Shown: positions 1 through 13,672 of the stretch, piece by piece
Layout: each line of letters opens with the position of its first letter
How positions within the stretch are numbered: position 1 is the first letter of the stretch
Translations under genes and position numbers: made by a program
From: the human T2T-CHM13v2.0 reference genome, Homo sapiens
Assembly (NCBI RefSeq): GCF_009914755.1
Contig: NC_060932.1
Reading direction: 5' to 3' (one strand)
DNA length: 64,000 bases
The notes under the pieces: model-generated
What the model was told of the DNA's origin: nothing
The model's database searches: none
Seen by the model: only the letters and a program-made list of their open reading frames with translations

Positions 1-414
1 ACCTTCCTGACAATTTTATCTGAGCCTCTCCCCAGATGCTGTACCCCTCGGAGACAAATTCCACCCTCGAGTGCGGTGAGCTGTTGACGTGCGGCCTCAG
101 AAGGCGCAAAACAATAAGGCCCTCCATGAGGCGTTCCTAATTGGAGCCTCGGGTTCCTTCAGCTCAGCCTGAACCAATAAAGATTGTTGATTTATTCTTC
201 CCAGTGTGGATTGGATCTGGGGATGCCCAGCTGGAAAAGATATGTTTCCTGCCTTCGAGGAGATCCCAGGCTGTGGGGAGCATGATGCAGGGGCGCCAGA
301 TGAACAGTAGGGTATGTGGGCCAGCAGCAGGTCTCTGGGGCTAAGCACATCAGCTGAGAAGCTGTATTCTGTCATGGACTGACTGTGGCACCCTCGGCAG
401 CAGCTATGATAGTT

Positions 415-527
415 GACTGTCTCGCCTGCAAATGAAATTGACACTATCTCCCTCTCAGGATTGGTGTGAAGATGCAATAAGACAACACCATAAGATTACA
501 GTGTTCTGCTCTTTGCCTGGCATGTAG
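415..527 (+). mobile_element. MIR SINE fragment
   Basis: Degenerate MIR core (ctgcaaatgaaattgacactatctccctctcaggattggtgtgaagatgcaataag). Confidence 0.55.
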
Positions 528-631
528 CATGGACTCAATACATGATACTGACAGTGCTTTTGATTCAAACTATGGTAAGCAAGAAATAGAAAAAAAAACA
601 CATCTTTTGAAAGTTCAGAGAAGAATGCTTC

Positions 632-1099
632 TGTATTGGTTTCCTGTGGCTGCCGTGAAAAATCACCACGAACTTGGTGGCTTCAAACAACACACATTCA
701 CTCTCTTAGAATTCTGCAGGTCAGCAGTGTGAACTCAGTCTTATGGGCTAGAGCCAAGGTTTGAGGATGGGCCACACCCTTTGGATGCTGTAGGATAGAA
801 TCCGTTAACTTGCCTTTTGCAGCTCCTAGAACTGCATCCTTGACTCCAGGCTCCTTCCCCCATCTGCAAATCCAGCAGCATAGCGTGTTGCTTCAGTGGC
901 CACATCTCTACTTCCATCTATGTCAAATCTCCCTTTGCCTGCCTTTTATAAAGACAGTTTTCATTGTATTTAGGGCTCGCCTAATCTCCCCATCTCAAAA
1001 TCTTTCACCACATCTGTAGTCTCTTTGCCATGTAAGGTAACACTCACCAGTTCCAGGGCTTGGAATCTGGATCTTTGGAGGCCATTATTCAGCCTACGA
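632..1099 (-). mobile_element. MaLR solo LTR, MLT1 (B/C/D-like)
   Basis: Begins tgtattggtttcctgtggctgccgtgaaaaatcaccacgaacttggtggcttcaaacaacac, the reverse complement of the MLT1 3' end; ends gccattattcagcctac. Confidence 0.8.
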
Positions 1100-2190
1100 C
1101 AGCTTCCAACTCTTGGAAGCCTTCAGGAAAGAAGGGATGATTGGGTTATTGGGTTGAGTCCTGGAATATGAGAGGACATTCACTTTGGGAAAATTGGAGG
1201 AGAGTCATCCCAGGTGGGACAAACAGCATATGCAAAGTCACGGAGGAGAAGGGAGGAAAAGGTTATGAACTTTCCTCTGCGCTGAGTCAAAGAGCCAAAG
1301 GAGAATGGTTTGGGAGGAGCTTCAATCACAGGGACAAGTGGCCTGCAGCAGGGTCATCATGACCTCCAAGAAAAGTCAGGGACTACATTAGGTCAGATCC
1401 ACAGAAGCCATTCTCTGCCTCATGTCATCTGAGAGTCCTGCAGAAGTAACTTAAGGATGTTATAGTTCGCTGCTGTATCACTTTCAGTTCTTATAGAGGG
1501 TCAAGATGAAATTACACTTTTCAGTAGTATTTCTTAATAGAAACAAAATTGAAGACATTATTCATAATCCTAGTCACTTAGTCTCATCGTGACTGCTCCA
1601 GAGCAACTCACTTGAGTCGGGTGCCATGGTAGGGGAAGCCATCATCCAACGACTTGGCTCACTTCCATAAGGAAATGGCATTTCCCTGGGAGAGACACCA
1701 TTGCAGGGAATAACTTTAGTTTCTCTTCCCACCCCTCCCCATAGGAGGAGGAGTAACTCACATCATCAGTAAACTAGATGGACCTTGACATTAAGACACA
1801 TTAGCCAGGGATGTGGCCGCAGCGTTCTGAGGCACAGACGCTTGACTCTGGCCTTCTCTCTTGTGTTTCTGCTGGGTATTCTGGAAAGTGCCACGTAGAC
1901 AGCAGGGAGTGGGAGTGGTGTCAGCTCTCCCCAGGGAAAGGGCCTAAGGTCTAGCTTTGGGGTAAGTAACAAGACTCACTTTTAGCCTCCAGCTTTAGCT
2001 GTGCCGTCCAACACCAAAAACAAGGAACACCATAGTTGGGTGTTATTGCTCCTGCCAAGCCAGCAACGACACCAATTCTCCACTCCAATTGTCATTACCC
2101 TCTTATTTCTCTTCTCAATTGGTTAAACACTTAAATAGGAGAAGACCTTAGTAATTATAACCATGGAATTTCCAGCCTTCTATAGGTACT

Positions 2191-2488
2191 CTAGTTATGC
2201 ACTTCTTATCAGAATCTAATGCCTGGTGATCTGTCACTCTCTCCCATCACCCCCAGATGGGACCACCTAGTTGCAGGAAAACAAGCTCAGGGCTCCCACT
2301 GATTCTACATTATGGTGAGTTGTATAATTCTTTCATTATATATTACAATGTAATCATAACAGACATAAAGTACATGATAAATGTAATGCACTTGAATCAT
2401 CGTGAAACTATATCCCCTGCCTCCCATCCACGGAAAAATTGTCTTCCACAAAACCAGTCCCTGGTGCCAAAAAGGTTGGGGACAGCTG
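2191..2488 (+). mobile_element. MER1A hAT-Charlie DNA transposon, 3' half
   Basis: agaatctaatgcctggtgatctgtcact...gttgcaggaaaacaagctcagggctcccactgattctacattatggtgag...ggtgccaaaaaggttggggacagctg terminal repeat. Confidence 0.9.
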
Positions 2489-2604
2489 TAGTAAGAGATG
2501 GCCATGTGGTCTTTGGTTATATGTTTTCTGTCAGCTGAATATAAAGGGCAATAAATTCGGGTTGCACAATTTCCCTTGTCTAAAAGAAATAGAGCTTCCT
2601 AGTG

Positions 2605-2808
2605 TAGATCCTTCGCGTGCCCAGTTCACAATAGAGTTTGCGCTCCTATAAGAATCTAGCGCCAGCACTAATCTGACAGGAGGCAGAGCTCAGGTGGTAA
2701 CATGAGTGATGGCGAGCGACTGTAAATACAGATGAAGCTTCGCTTGCCCAGCAGCTGCTCACCTCCTGCTGCGCAGCCCGGTTCCTAATAGGCCATGGAC
2801 CAGTACCA
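2605..2808 (-). mobile_element. MER1A 5' half, inverted relative to the 3' half
   Basis: Reverse complement reads tggtactggtccatggcctattaggaaccggg...gaagcttcatctgtatttacag...gaactgggcacgcgaaggatcta, the first half of MER1A. Confidence 0.88.
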
Positions 2809-2989
2809 ACTACCAGTATCATCCACTCTGATAATCTGTGTGCAAATATGGCAGCACCCTGAAGTGGTAAGAGAGGGCTTTGCAGCCTCAGTCTCTCTCC
2901 TCTCCTCACCCCCTGGGCCCTGGTTACCAGTCTCGAGGGAAAGCTGGGGCGATTTAGTCAGCACAACAGGATGACAGACAGAGCTGCAG

Positions 2990-3330
2990 CAACGGTTCAT
3001 GTAAGAAACTGTAAGGAAGCGAGGGAAGCAGCACAGGGCAGGAAAGCAAAGACATGAATTCAACAATTCAATGGCAGTCCAGCCTCAACCAGACACTGCA
3101 GGTAGCACTGGTGGCCTGTCCCACCTTGAGGCAAGAGCATCGTGAATTCACCCCTGCAGCAGCCAGTCACTGGCTTATGGACATCCTCAGGGGAAGGTGT
3201 ATCTGGCATGGTATATCTGGGCAAAAAAAAGCCCACAGACCAAGAGAAATTTGCTAGAGAATGTGTCCCTTGAGCTGTGAGCAGATAACCGTCGTGGCAG
3301 ATGGAGGTGGCTGTGTGGGCAGGGGATGAG
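2990..3330 (-). mobile_element. ERVL-class LTR (LTR16-like), probable 3' LTR of the adjacent provirus remnant
   Basis: gggaagcagcacagggcagg...cagcctcaacc...tgtcccaccttgaggcaag...ccagtcactggct motifs typical of LTR16; adjoins the internal region. Confidence 0.6.
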
Positions 3331-4910
3331 AGGAGGCTTCAAAGCATCTACCCCAGTCCACTCCTAGCACCACTCATGTCCACTTTCTTCCTACATCAGG
3401 CCCACTCAAGGTTGTAACAACTTCTCCAGAGTTCTGATGGCTTACAATTTCTGGGTAAAGTTTAACCAGGAAGTTTAATGGGACAAGCAAAGCCCTTAAG
3501 GATGGAGTTGATCCCAAGGCCATAAAGAGTTTTCATGCTCTCCCTCCTCTGCTATGTTCTCTAGATTCTTCTCTCCCCCTGTTAGTGCTTGTTCTGGTCT
3601 ACATGGCTGCCCTGGTGGAGTGATCCAGAGCCTCACCCTGCACACACTGAGTTCCTAGTTAGCCTGCCCTTTTAAAGCCATGGTTACCATGATGCAGGGC
3701 AGGTTCTTGGCTTTGCTCAGGAAAGAATTCAAGAGCAAGTCTGTGGTGGAGGAAGGCAATTTGTTGAGGCAGCAGCAGTGTTATAGCTGTGTGACTGCTC
3801 CTGGCAGAGCAGAGCTGCCCCATAGGCAGTGTGTGGAGACTAGCAGTGTATGGGCAATTTGCAGTCATATTTATACCCACTTTTAATGACATGCTAATTA
3901 AGGGAGGAGTTATTAAGAAATAGCTGGAAAATAGGTGGTACCGTATAGATGTTGCTGTGGCACAAGCTAGTAACTTCTGGGTGTTGCCATGGCGTTGGTA
4001 AATGGTCATGATGCTGGCGGGAGTGTCTTCAGCAGCAAGACCAATGGGGGTGCTTTTGGCACCTCTTCCCAGTTTTGGCCAGCCTTCTGGTCTGGAGAGC
4101 AGTCCTGCTGGCCTCCTACCTCAACTGCAGAGTTAAAATTGGGCATGAGAATACCAAGAGATTCTCCAATCGATTACCAGAGTTCTTAACATATTCCTCC
4201 TTGCCTTAACTATGTGGTGACAGCATCAATCGCATCTCATAATGTCAGCATCAATCATACCTGTCCTCTAACTAATCAATGGCACGGGACTCTGATGTGA
4301 CCAAGCAGAAGCCACAGCTCTGAGTGGGACTCTTATTGCATCCCCTGGTGGAAGATTTTGCTTTCTGGGAACCAGGACCTCTAGACCCATAGAGCCTAAA
4401 TTTTCAGGAACAGTGAGACATTTTTACCAGATGGGTCATGAGGAGTGATAGTGAGCAGAACCACTCCTACCTCCACCCCTAGGTTCCCTGACCCATGGAT
4501 TCTACGTATTGGAGGTGCAGTATCATATCATGGCTGTTGGGTTGGGTTAAAGGTGCCCATTTCTAAGCTGGTGCCTCCAATATATCTTAAGGTCACTGGA
4601 GGGCTCTATGAGGTAGGCCATTTCTAGATGGCATGGCACTTAACAGGGCCAGTAAATTCTATGAGCCATTTACCCACTGCTCTGTCTCCTTACTGCACAG
4701 TGGACCCTTGGCCTGAAGCAGTGCTGCAGGGTTCTATATCATGACTCCGGATGCCATGGGAGTTCTAGGGCAGTGATGCTGGCTGAGGCCCTGAGGGCAA
4801 AAGGCAAACACACGCTCAGAATTAATAACAACCCCACTCAGGACAGATGGTGGCCTTTATCCCTTGGAAAGGCACAATGAAATCAGTGTGCCACCAAGAG
4901 GCTGACCTCA
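3331..4910 (-). mobile_element. ERVL/HERV16-like internal region (integrase-dUTPase remnant), interrupted by an ERV1 LTR
   Basis: Minus-strand translation gives SASWWHTDFIVP, RIHGSGNLGVEVGVVLLTITPHDP, GLEVLVP..LPPGD and WITPPGQPCRPEQAL..EEGEH..LWPWDQL, matching the ERV-L pol C-terminal region; frameshifts and stops throughout. Confidence 0.85.
3690..4123 (-). mobile_element. ERV1 MER4-group solo LTR (MER66/MER61-like)
   Basis: TG...CA ends (tgatgcagggcagg...cctacctca); ttcttggctttgctcaggaaagaattcaag and gcagtcatatttatacccacttttaat motifs; flanks ACCA/ACTG. Confidence 0.8.
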
Positions 4911-5639
4911 TCCATCTATGCTTTGATTGGCAGATGGCTACGGTTAATGAGTGATTTCTAAACAGTGGCAGATAGGAAATGCCAGTAGAGGTCAAGACAG
5001 TTGATTTGCAATTTTTAGAGTGCATGTAATGTGGATTTTTCCTGCTTTGTCTGATTAATAAGTTACCTTTTGTTTTAGCAGCAGGCAGTTAGGACTGTCA
5101 GCCATGTGTTTGGAAATACAAGACAAAGGAAAATACTCAACCCATGCATCCCAAGAATGTGGTTTAGGGATTTTGAATGGAGAACTCTATTGAAATATCC
5201 ATGGATAGGGCCAGAAATGTAATACTGTTCTACCTGACTGCCCATTCAATTCAGAAACGCCCTACTACTTCTGTTAGGTGGTTAGCAGGGGCCATCTGGT
5301 CTCCGCCGGAACATCCCCGATGGGCAGCAGCTTGTGAGTGATTCCTGAAGTCACCCATTTGAACTTTGACAAGTCTGACTATTAGATTTGGGTTCAACAG
5401 AGAGAGGAACATTCTGCTTCCCTGTGGCTTTCCTGCCTTTCTCCTCTATCTGCTGCTTGGGCCTAAAAGAATGCCCCGTCCCTGTCTGGTAAATGAGCAT
5501 CAGGTATATGCAGCAGCAATCACTGAGCTGAGACACTCCATTATGTCCAGCTCCTCAACTCCGGTGCCTCCAAATTATCCATGTTTGCTTAAAACCAACC
5601 AAGTTTTCTCAGTGGCCCAGAACAGATTCCAAAGTCCCT

Positions 5640-6050
5640 GCCTTGGCCTACCAGTCTGCAAGTGACCTGCTCCAGCGGACTCTGACACCATCCCCTCCAC
5701 TGCTCCCTCCTCACTCTCATCCAGCCTCTCTGGGCTCCCGTTGCTCCAGGAATCTGCACAGCCAGCATTCAGGGCCCACATGGCTTCTGTCCTCCCTGCC
5801 ATGCTGTCCACACTCAGACCCCTGCTCAAATGTCACCTCCTCAGAGGGGCTGCCTGACCACCTCGCAGAGGCTGTACTCTCCCTCCCCTACTCTCCACAC
5901 AGCCAATTCTCCATCACAGAACTTATTTCTGCCTGACATCTAACTATGTATATGTCTATGTATGCGTGGTCCTCCTCTCACCCCAACACACTGGTATCGA
6001 ACCCCAGGAGAAGGGCTTTGGTGGGTAATGAACAAATGAATCAACTGAAT
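5640..6050 (+). mobile_element. L2 3' fragment
   Basis: ctgctcaaatgtcacctcctcagagggg...ctgaccacc and terminal (TGAA)-like repeats. Confidence 0.65.
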
Positions 6051-6149
6051 ATGCTCACCCATCCACCATAACCCTAGTTTCCTTCCTCCAGTCAAACTCC
6101 AGGCCGTCCCTATTCTTTTGTAAATAATGCTATCTGGAGCTGTAAAGTT

Positions 6150-6330
6150 CCAAGTGTGGTCTTACTTCCTTTGTGAAACTGGATAAGTCCATCGGTCTCC
6201 CTGGGCTTTGGTTTCACCCATGTGGGAACTGAGCCCATAATGATGCCCTGGTGTCACCATGGGAGTCACAGCATTATGAGGAGCTTGTGAAGTGCTCTGC
6301 ATGCTGTAAAGTGCTGTCTCTGTATAGGGT
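6150..6330 (+). mobile_element. MIR fragment
   Basis: ctgggctttggtttcacccatgtgggaactgagcccataatgatgccc...gtaaagtgct. Confidence 0.5.
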
Positions 6331-7246
6331 AGAGGGTATGGTATACTTATTACATCAGTATGCACAGGAGGCCCTGCTCATCTCACTCCTGGTCACTATT
6401 CCAGGGAGAGTGATATGTAGGGACATGCAATCTGGAATCCTATCTACTCAGAACATGGGAGCTCCCTGGTGGACCCTCAGCCCAGCCGCTCACTTTAAGG
6501 CCATGTCAGCCTCAGAGGAGACCTGCAGAAGGGCTCTCTCTCCCCTAAAGGTGAAGGAGCAATGGCAAAGGCTCTTAGAAGCCAGCTTGGAAAATAGCTT
6601 AGCAGCGGGGTCTGCTGCTTCCCTATCTCCTTTACTCTGAAGCTGGCACTTGGGGAAATGTCCTCAGGCACCTGAGATGAGATAGTATCTAGCTGAGAAA
6701 TTGAACAGCAGCTAAAAAGTAAGCTCATTAGCAAATTTCCCAGCCCCAAACCCTTCAGAAAGTATTGGCCTGGCAAAAAAAAACATGCAACCTTCTCTGC
6801 TCTCAGAGAGGCAGGTGTGGTCATGCTGAGAACGCAGGCTCAGTTCAGGTAGACCTGAGTTTCAGTTTGCCCTCTGCCTCCCCATGGTGTGTTGGCAACC
6901 TTTGCTCTCTTCTCTCCTATTTTTGGAGTCATGGATCTCCCCTTTGAAAATCTGTTGAAATTGTTGATCCCCTTGCCAAGAAAACTCTCTGACCCCATTT
7001 CCTCGTCTTTCAGATGGGCATAAGGAGGCCTGATATTTGTCTTCTTCCCTTTGGTAAAGTCCAATGATTGTTTAAGGCTGGCATCCATTCTGATTGGTTT
7101 GTGTGTTTCATACAGGTAGTTATTGCATTTTAAATAGCATCCCTGGGGGCTTCTGTGAAGACAAAATGAGGCAATGAGAGGGGAATCCCACAGTTAACCC
7201 ACTCAGTCAACATCTGTGCCTTCCTTTAAGATAAATGATTAGCTCT

Positions 7247-7503
7247 GGCCTGGGTGCAGTGGCTCATGCCTGTAATCCCAGCACTTTGGTAGGCTGAGAA
7301 GGGTAGATCATTTGAGGTCAGGAGTTCGAGACCAGCAAGGCCACTATGGTGAAACCCTGTCTCTACTTAAAAAAAATACAAAAATTAGCCAGGTGTGGTG
7401 GTACACACCTGTAGCCTCAGCTACTGTGGAGGCTGAGGCAGGATAATCGCTTGAACATGGGAGGCTAGGTGACAGAGTGAGACTCCATCTCAAAATTTAA
7501 AAA
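7247..7503 (+). mobile_element. AluS with an internal right-arm deletion
   Basis: Alu sequence; TSD aagataaatgattagctct / aagataaattattagctct. Confidence 0.95.
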
Positions 7504-8512
7504 AAGATAAATTATTAGCTCTGGATGGCTCATACATCGTCCCTGGCAGATGTAAGTTCCCTTTACTAAATGAATTAGAGTGGTGTGGCAGGTGGGCAGG
7601 AAGAAACTACCTTAAAGACAGTCGCATCTGAATAAGGGACCCTCCAATCATGAAAGTTCACTGAGGGTCTCATCTTGTTGAAAAAGATAATTTGTGGACC
7701 AGAAGCTTTTCAGTAAGTTGCTGAGATAGGGGGATCATCTGCTATGGTAATTGCCTTTTTTTCTCTCATAGTAAAGGTAACTGCACTCTGAGGAGGTGAG
7801 GACATGCATGGAAGTGCTTCAGCTGGTTTGAAAACTCAACTTTCCAAGCTAATTGCTTAGTGTCTCTCTCTGCAAAAGTCAGTTCTTACCATTAATATAT
7901 CTGAGTTCCCATACAGACTTTTCTACTAACTTGCTGTGTGATCTTGGAAAAATTGTTCATCCTCTCTGTTTTTTTAATCTCAAAGATGGCTTGGCTAAAA
8001 TAGATAGCATCTAAGAGCGAGAAGCAATCTTAGAAAACATCTAGTCCAATTTCTGACCTTACAGAAAAGGAAAGAGGGGAAAGCATCTGACTTCTGATTC
8101 CTGAAGCCTCTGGGCTCTAAATTCTAAACAACTCACCCAGCTGCTGCAGACAGTGCCAACATTAGACAGGTGAAGATGCAACCTCACGGGTTCAGGTTCC
8201 CCCTCAGGTGCACCTGCCAATATTGAAGCTGGAGTCTGAATGAAGTGCTGCTTCAGAATCCTGTTCCCTTTCCTTGAACACATGTCTGCCAGGCCATGCA
8301 AGGTGAAGATGAAAGATAATGGAGTTGACTCCAGTCTCCCACTCAGCTGATGAAGAAGAGGCTGGTGGCAGAGATCAGCGGCCAGCACAGTACGGGCATG
8401 GTTGGAAAGTTCCCACCAAGGGTGGTGAGATGTGTTCCCTTTGGGGTTATTTATTAGAGGCAACTTTTTTTTTTTTTAAAGAAAAGGAAAGTATGCTTAT
8501 ATTTGCCTTTTC

Positions 8513-8617
8513 TTTTTTTAAGTGTGTTTACATTTAAGGAGTACAAGTGCAGTTTTGTTACATGGATATATTAAGTAGTGACGAAGTCTGGGCTTTTAGT
8601 ACCACCAACACCTGAGC
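8513..8617 (-). mobile_element. L1MA-type 3' end fragment
   Basis: Poly-T then gtacaagtgcagttttgttacatggatatatt...gaagtctgggcttttagt. Confidence 0.75.
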
Positions 8618-10504
8618 TGTTTAGGGGAGGGAAGAGGAAATAATAAGGGTCAAGAGAGAGGAGCCTGATGTCAGGAAATCTAGGATTAGACAAAGAGGAT
8701 GTTGGAGCTGGGAGGAGCAGGAATGCTTGCCCATTTCCTTGCTCATATTTACAAAAAAAAATCATTTTAATAAATACCTCTTGGGTCAAACTTCAGCTTC
8801 CCTCATAAGCTATCCTTGCTCCGCCTGACCCTTCAATGCTGTGCCCCTCAACTTCCAAGTTTTGCACTCTTCTCTCCTATTTCTGGTTCATGGGTCCTCC
8901 GTTGAGGATCTGATGGAAATTATTGATCCCCTCACCAAGAAAGGCCATAAATGCACATATGAAACTGCAGATCACCATCACAGGGAGTTCTAAACCCTTG
9001 GTCTGTAGACACCAGTGGTTCCCCGCACTCTAGTAACATCTACGCCCTACTTACTTGCAAATTTATATTTTAGCCCAGAATTTTTCTCAAACATGTTTCT
9101 GCAACCCAAAACACCCTCTTCCATCAGTACAATGGGGAGGATTGTGACACCACCTATGCACCCCACAGGGTTTTTGTGAGTAGGAAATGAAATGCCCAGT
9201 GAAAAAGGCCATGGTGTATAGCAAGGGGCTACACGAACATCTTGGGAAGCCTGATCATGCTCTTTGGTGAAGGAGAAGGCCACCCACGTAGAAGGGTAGT
9301 CGTCTTTATCATTTTCATCCAAAGGGGCAGAATAAGAAATATCATATTGTATGATGAATGGACGAGAGAATCTTTTCACAATGAGAGCTCACCCAAAGTA
9401 GAAGTTCAGACCAATGTGGTGAGATTCAAGTATCTGCCTCTTGGCTTCTCAGATGTATTTTAGAGGAGAGATCTTGGTTTTCAACAGCATATTTCCAAAC
9501 TCTGTGTCTAGCAGGTATGCATTTGGAAATAGGTTTCCCTTCCTTATTGCAGTCTGTAATGAGGTATTTCCATGGCTTGCAAGTATATGAGCTGTTTCAA
9601 AACAGTGTGTGTCCTCTAAATACCCCACAGAGCTAATGGAAAATGAAATCTACCCTACAAAATAACTCATTAGAAAATACGCTATGGTGCTAATACTTGG
9701 TTCTACAAAATCTTTAATCATATTTCACTCTGGAAAGAACAGAGGCCTAGGCAAAGCTAAAAGTTTAGTGTCAAAAAGATCCCAGATTTTTACATATCAG
9801 TTGAATTTAAAATCATGTTTAAGAACTCTATTTTTCTGCCACTATTTATTCTATAAGCCCTTCACTAACTTACATAAAACTATCACCAAAGCTTTCTCCA
9901 TGATTTAGAATTAAGATTAATTCTAAATGTAGGCTCGAAGTTTATAAAAATGAAAGCAATGTGGAAACAGGCTTGCTGTGCAAATTATGAGAGAAAAAGA
10001 ACATGTTTTATCTTCACAGTGAGATTCACAAACTATCATCATTGACTTTTCTTCAGCAATGAGTGTGCTAATTACTACTGCTGATACCTATTTGTTTATT
10101 GTCACCTTTTTCAAGATCCTCAGAGGTGTTTAATTTCATTGACTTTTCCTCTGTCCCTGATGGCTGTGATACTCCATTTACATGAGATTAATAAAATCAA
10201 GTCCTTGTTAAAATAGTAAATAATGGAAAAGGTTGAAGGTTTTAGATGAGTTTGTGAATAGGAGTTAAGAACATTGGATTTGGAGAAAGATAAATGGTTT
10301 TAAAATTTGAAAGTTATTTTAACTTTCAATTTTCTCACCTGTAAAATCCTACCAATAATATTACCTATTTCAAAGGATCATATTAAAGATTAAATGTGAT
10401 AATGTATCTGAAGTGTTGAGTGTACTGCCCAGCACATAGTAACATTTCAATTGAATACTTGTTATTAATATTTAGGGCTACTAATTTTAAGATTGTTGTT
10501 AAGA

Positions 10505-12285
<1,781 letters not shown>

Positions 12286-12369
12286 TTATTCCACTCCAGG
12301 CACATGCTATATCGATAGAGCTTTTTAAATGCTAAGAAAGTTGGAGAGATCTTTGAATAGTCAGAGCTA

Positions 12370-12500
12370 ACTAAGTTCCCTCATTTCATAAAAATACTCA
12401 AGATCAGAGAGGCAAGGCAGCTTGCCAGAAGTCACCCAGTGTGTAGGGCACAATGAAGATTAGAAGCCAGGTCCTCTGACTTCTTATCCAGTGCTCCCTC
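12370..12500 (-). mobile_element. MIR fragment
   Basis: gatcagagaggcaaggcagcttgccagaagtcacccag...gattagaagccaggtcctctgac. Confidence 0.6.
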
Positions 12501-13199
12501 CAATATACTTTGCTAACACCCCCATCCAAAGCCACACAGCTCCTGACAATAGATCCAATACTAGGACCTAGATATTCTCATTTAAAACCTTACATTGTCT
12601 TTAGGATTATTCAATTTGCCAAAGAATCGTGGCATGAATTATCTGAGCAAGAAAACCAAAGCTATGAAGAATCATGCTAGGGAAACCAGATTTGGAGTCA
12701 AGAGATGTATACTTTGCTCTTGGCTCTTCTGTATCTTACTGTGCACTCTTAGGGAAATTACTTTCCCTCTCTGTGCTCAGTAGCATCAATGGATTGAACT
12801 AGATGTTGCTCAAGAGTCTTTCCAGCTCGAATGCCCTGCAAACATCTGATGCCCTGCAAACATCTGCCCTTCTAAGTGTACAGAGTTGTTTCCCTGTTGA
12901 CCCGATATATGCAAAATCCAACATTTAAATTATCCATTCAGACTTTACTTGAGAATTCCACAAGGGGCTCCTCCAGGGCTCAGAGGATCACACTACCTGC
13001 CTCTGGAGTGAGACTGACCCTGGGTGTGGGTGTCCTCTGGTTATTGTGACACCATTTGCTCTCACTTCCTGCAGGAAACACTGCAGGTTCCTCTGCCTTC
13101 ACTGGTGGACCTCTGCAGCTCCTCTAGGCAGGACACCTGAAAACCACTGAGCAGGACAATTGGGCATTGAGGCGAGTTTCTTAAATTTTGAAAAATAGA

Positions 13200-13418
13200 A
13201 GTACTAACATTCAGCTTGCTCTCACTATGCAGGAGGCCCTGTAAAAAATGCTTCATATTCACTTGGCTTATTTTATCCTCACAACACCCTATGAGGAAGC
13301 CACTATTATTCCTGTCATTTTTCAAATCAGGAAACAAACTTAGAAAAGGTATGTTACATGCTTAAGGTCACACAGTCAGGGGGCAGGGGCAAGATTTAAT
13401 GTAGCATTTTTACCTTCC
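13200..13418 (-). mobile_element. MIR fragment
   Basis: tcctcacaacaccctatgaggaagccactattattcctgtcatttt...aaggtcacacag. Confidence 0.7.
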
Positions 13419-13672
13419 AATCTGTGTGTTTAAATACTTCCCTAGACTTCCAGTTCAGCATGGTGATCTGCAAAGATCCTAAGTAAATATCCAGCCAACG
13501 TTATCAAGCCGCTTCTCAAATTATTGTTTGGAAAGGATGAGAGGATTGGCAAGATGGTTTCTAAGGAAGCTTTAGATTTGGAGAATCTGTTCTGAGATGG
13601 AAGACCTGGGGTGGACCCCAGGCCTTCCTAGACACAGCTCAGCCCCCTATGCTGAGCTGCCTCCCAGTAGAA
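13419..13672 (+). repeat. Left arm of a ~255 bp inverted duplication (partner 14926-15186)
   Basis: Manual alignment to the reverse complement of 14926-15186 at roughly 80% identity, including a perfect 39 nt block. Confidence 0.95.

Noticed and set aside
97-477. 126 aa minus-strand ORF
   Set aside because: No recognisable domain, overlaps a MIR fragment, and no clear exon signals.
2902-2932. Possible displaced MER1A 5' tip (ctcaccccctgggccctggttaccagtc)
   Set aside because: Too short and degenerate to separate from chance.
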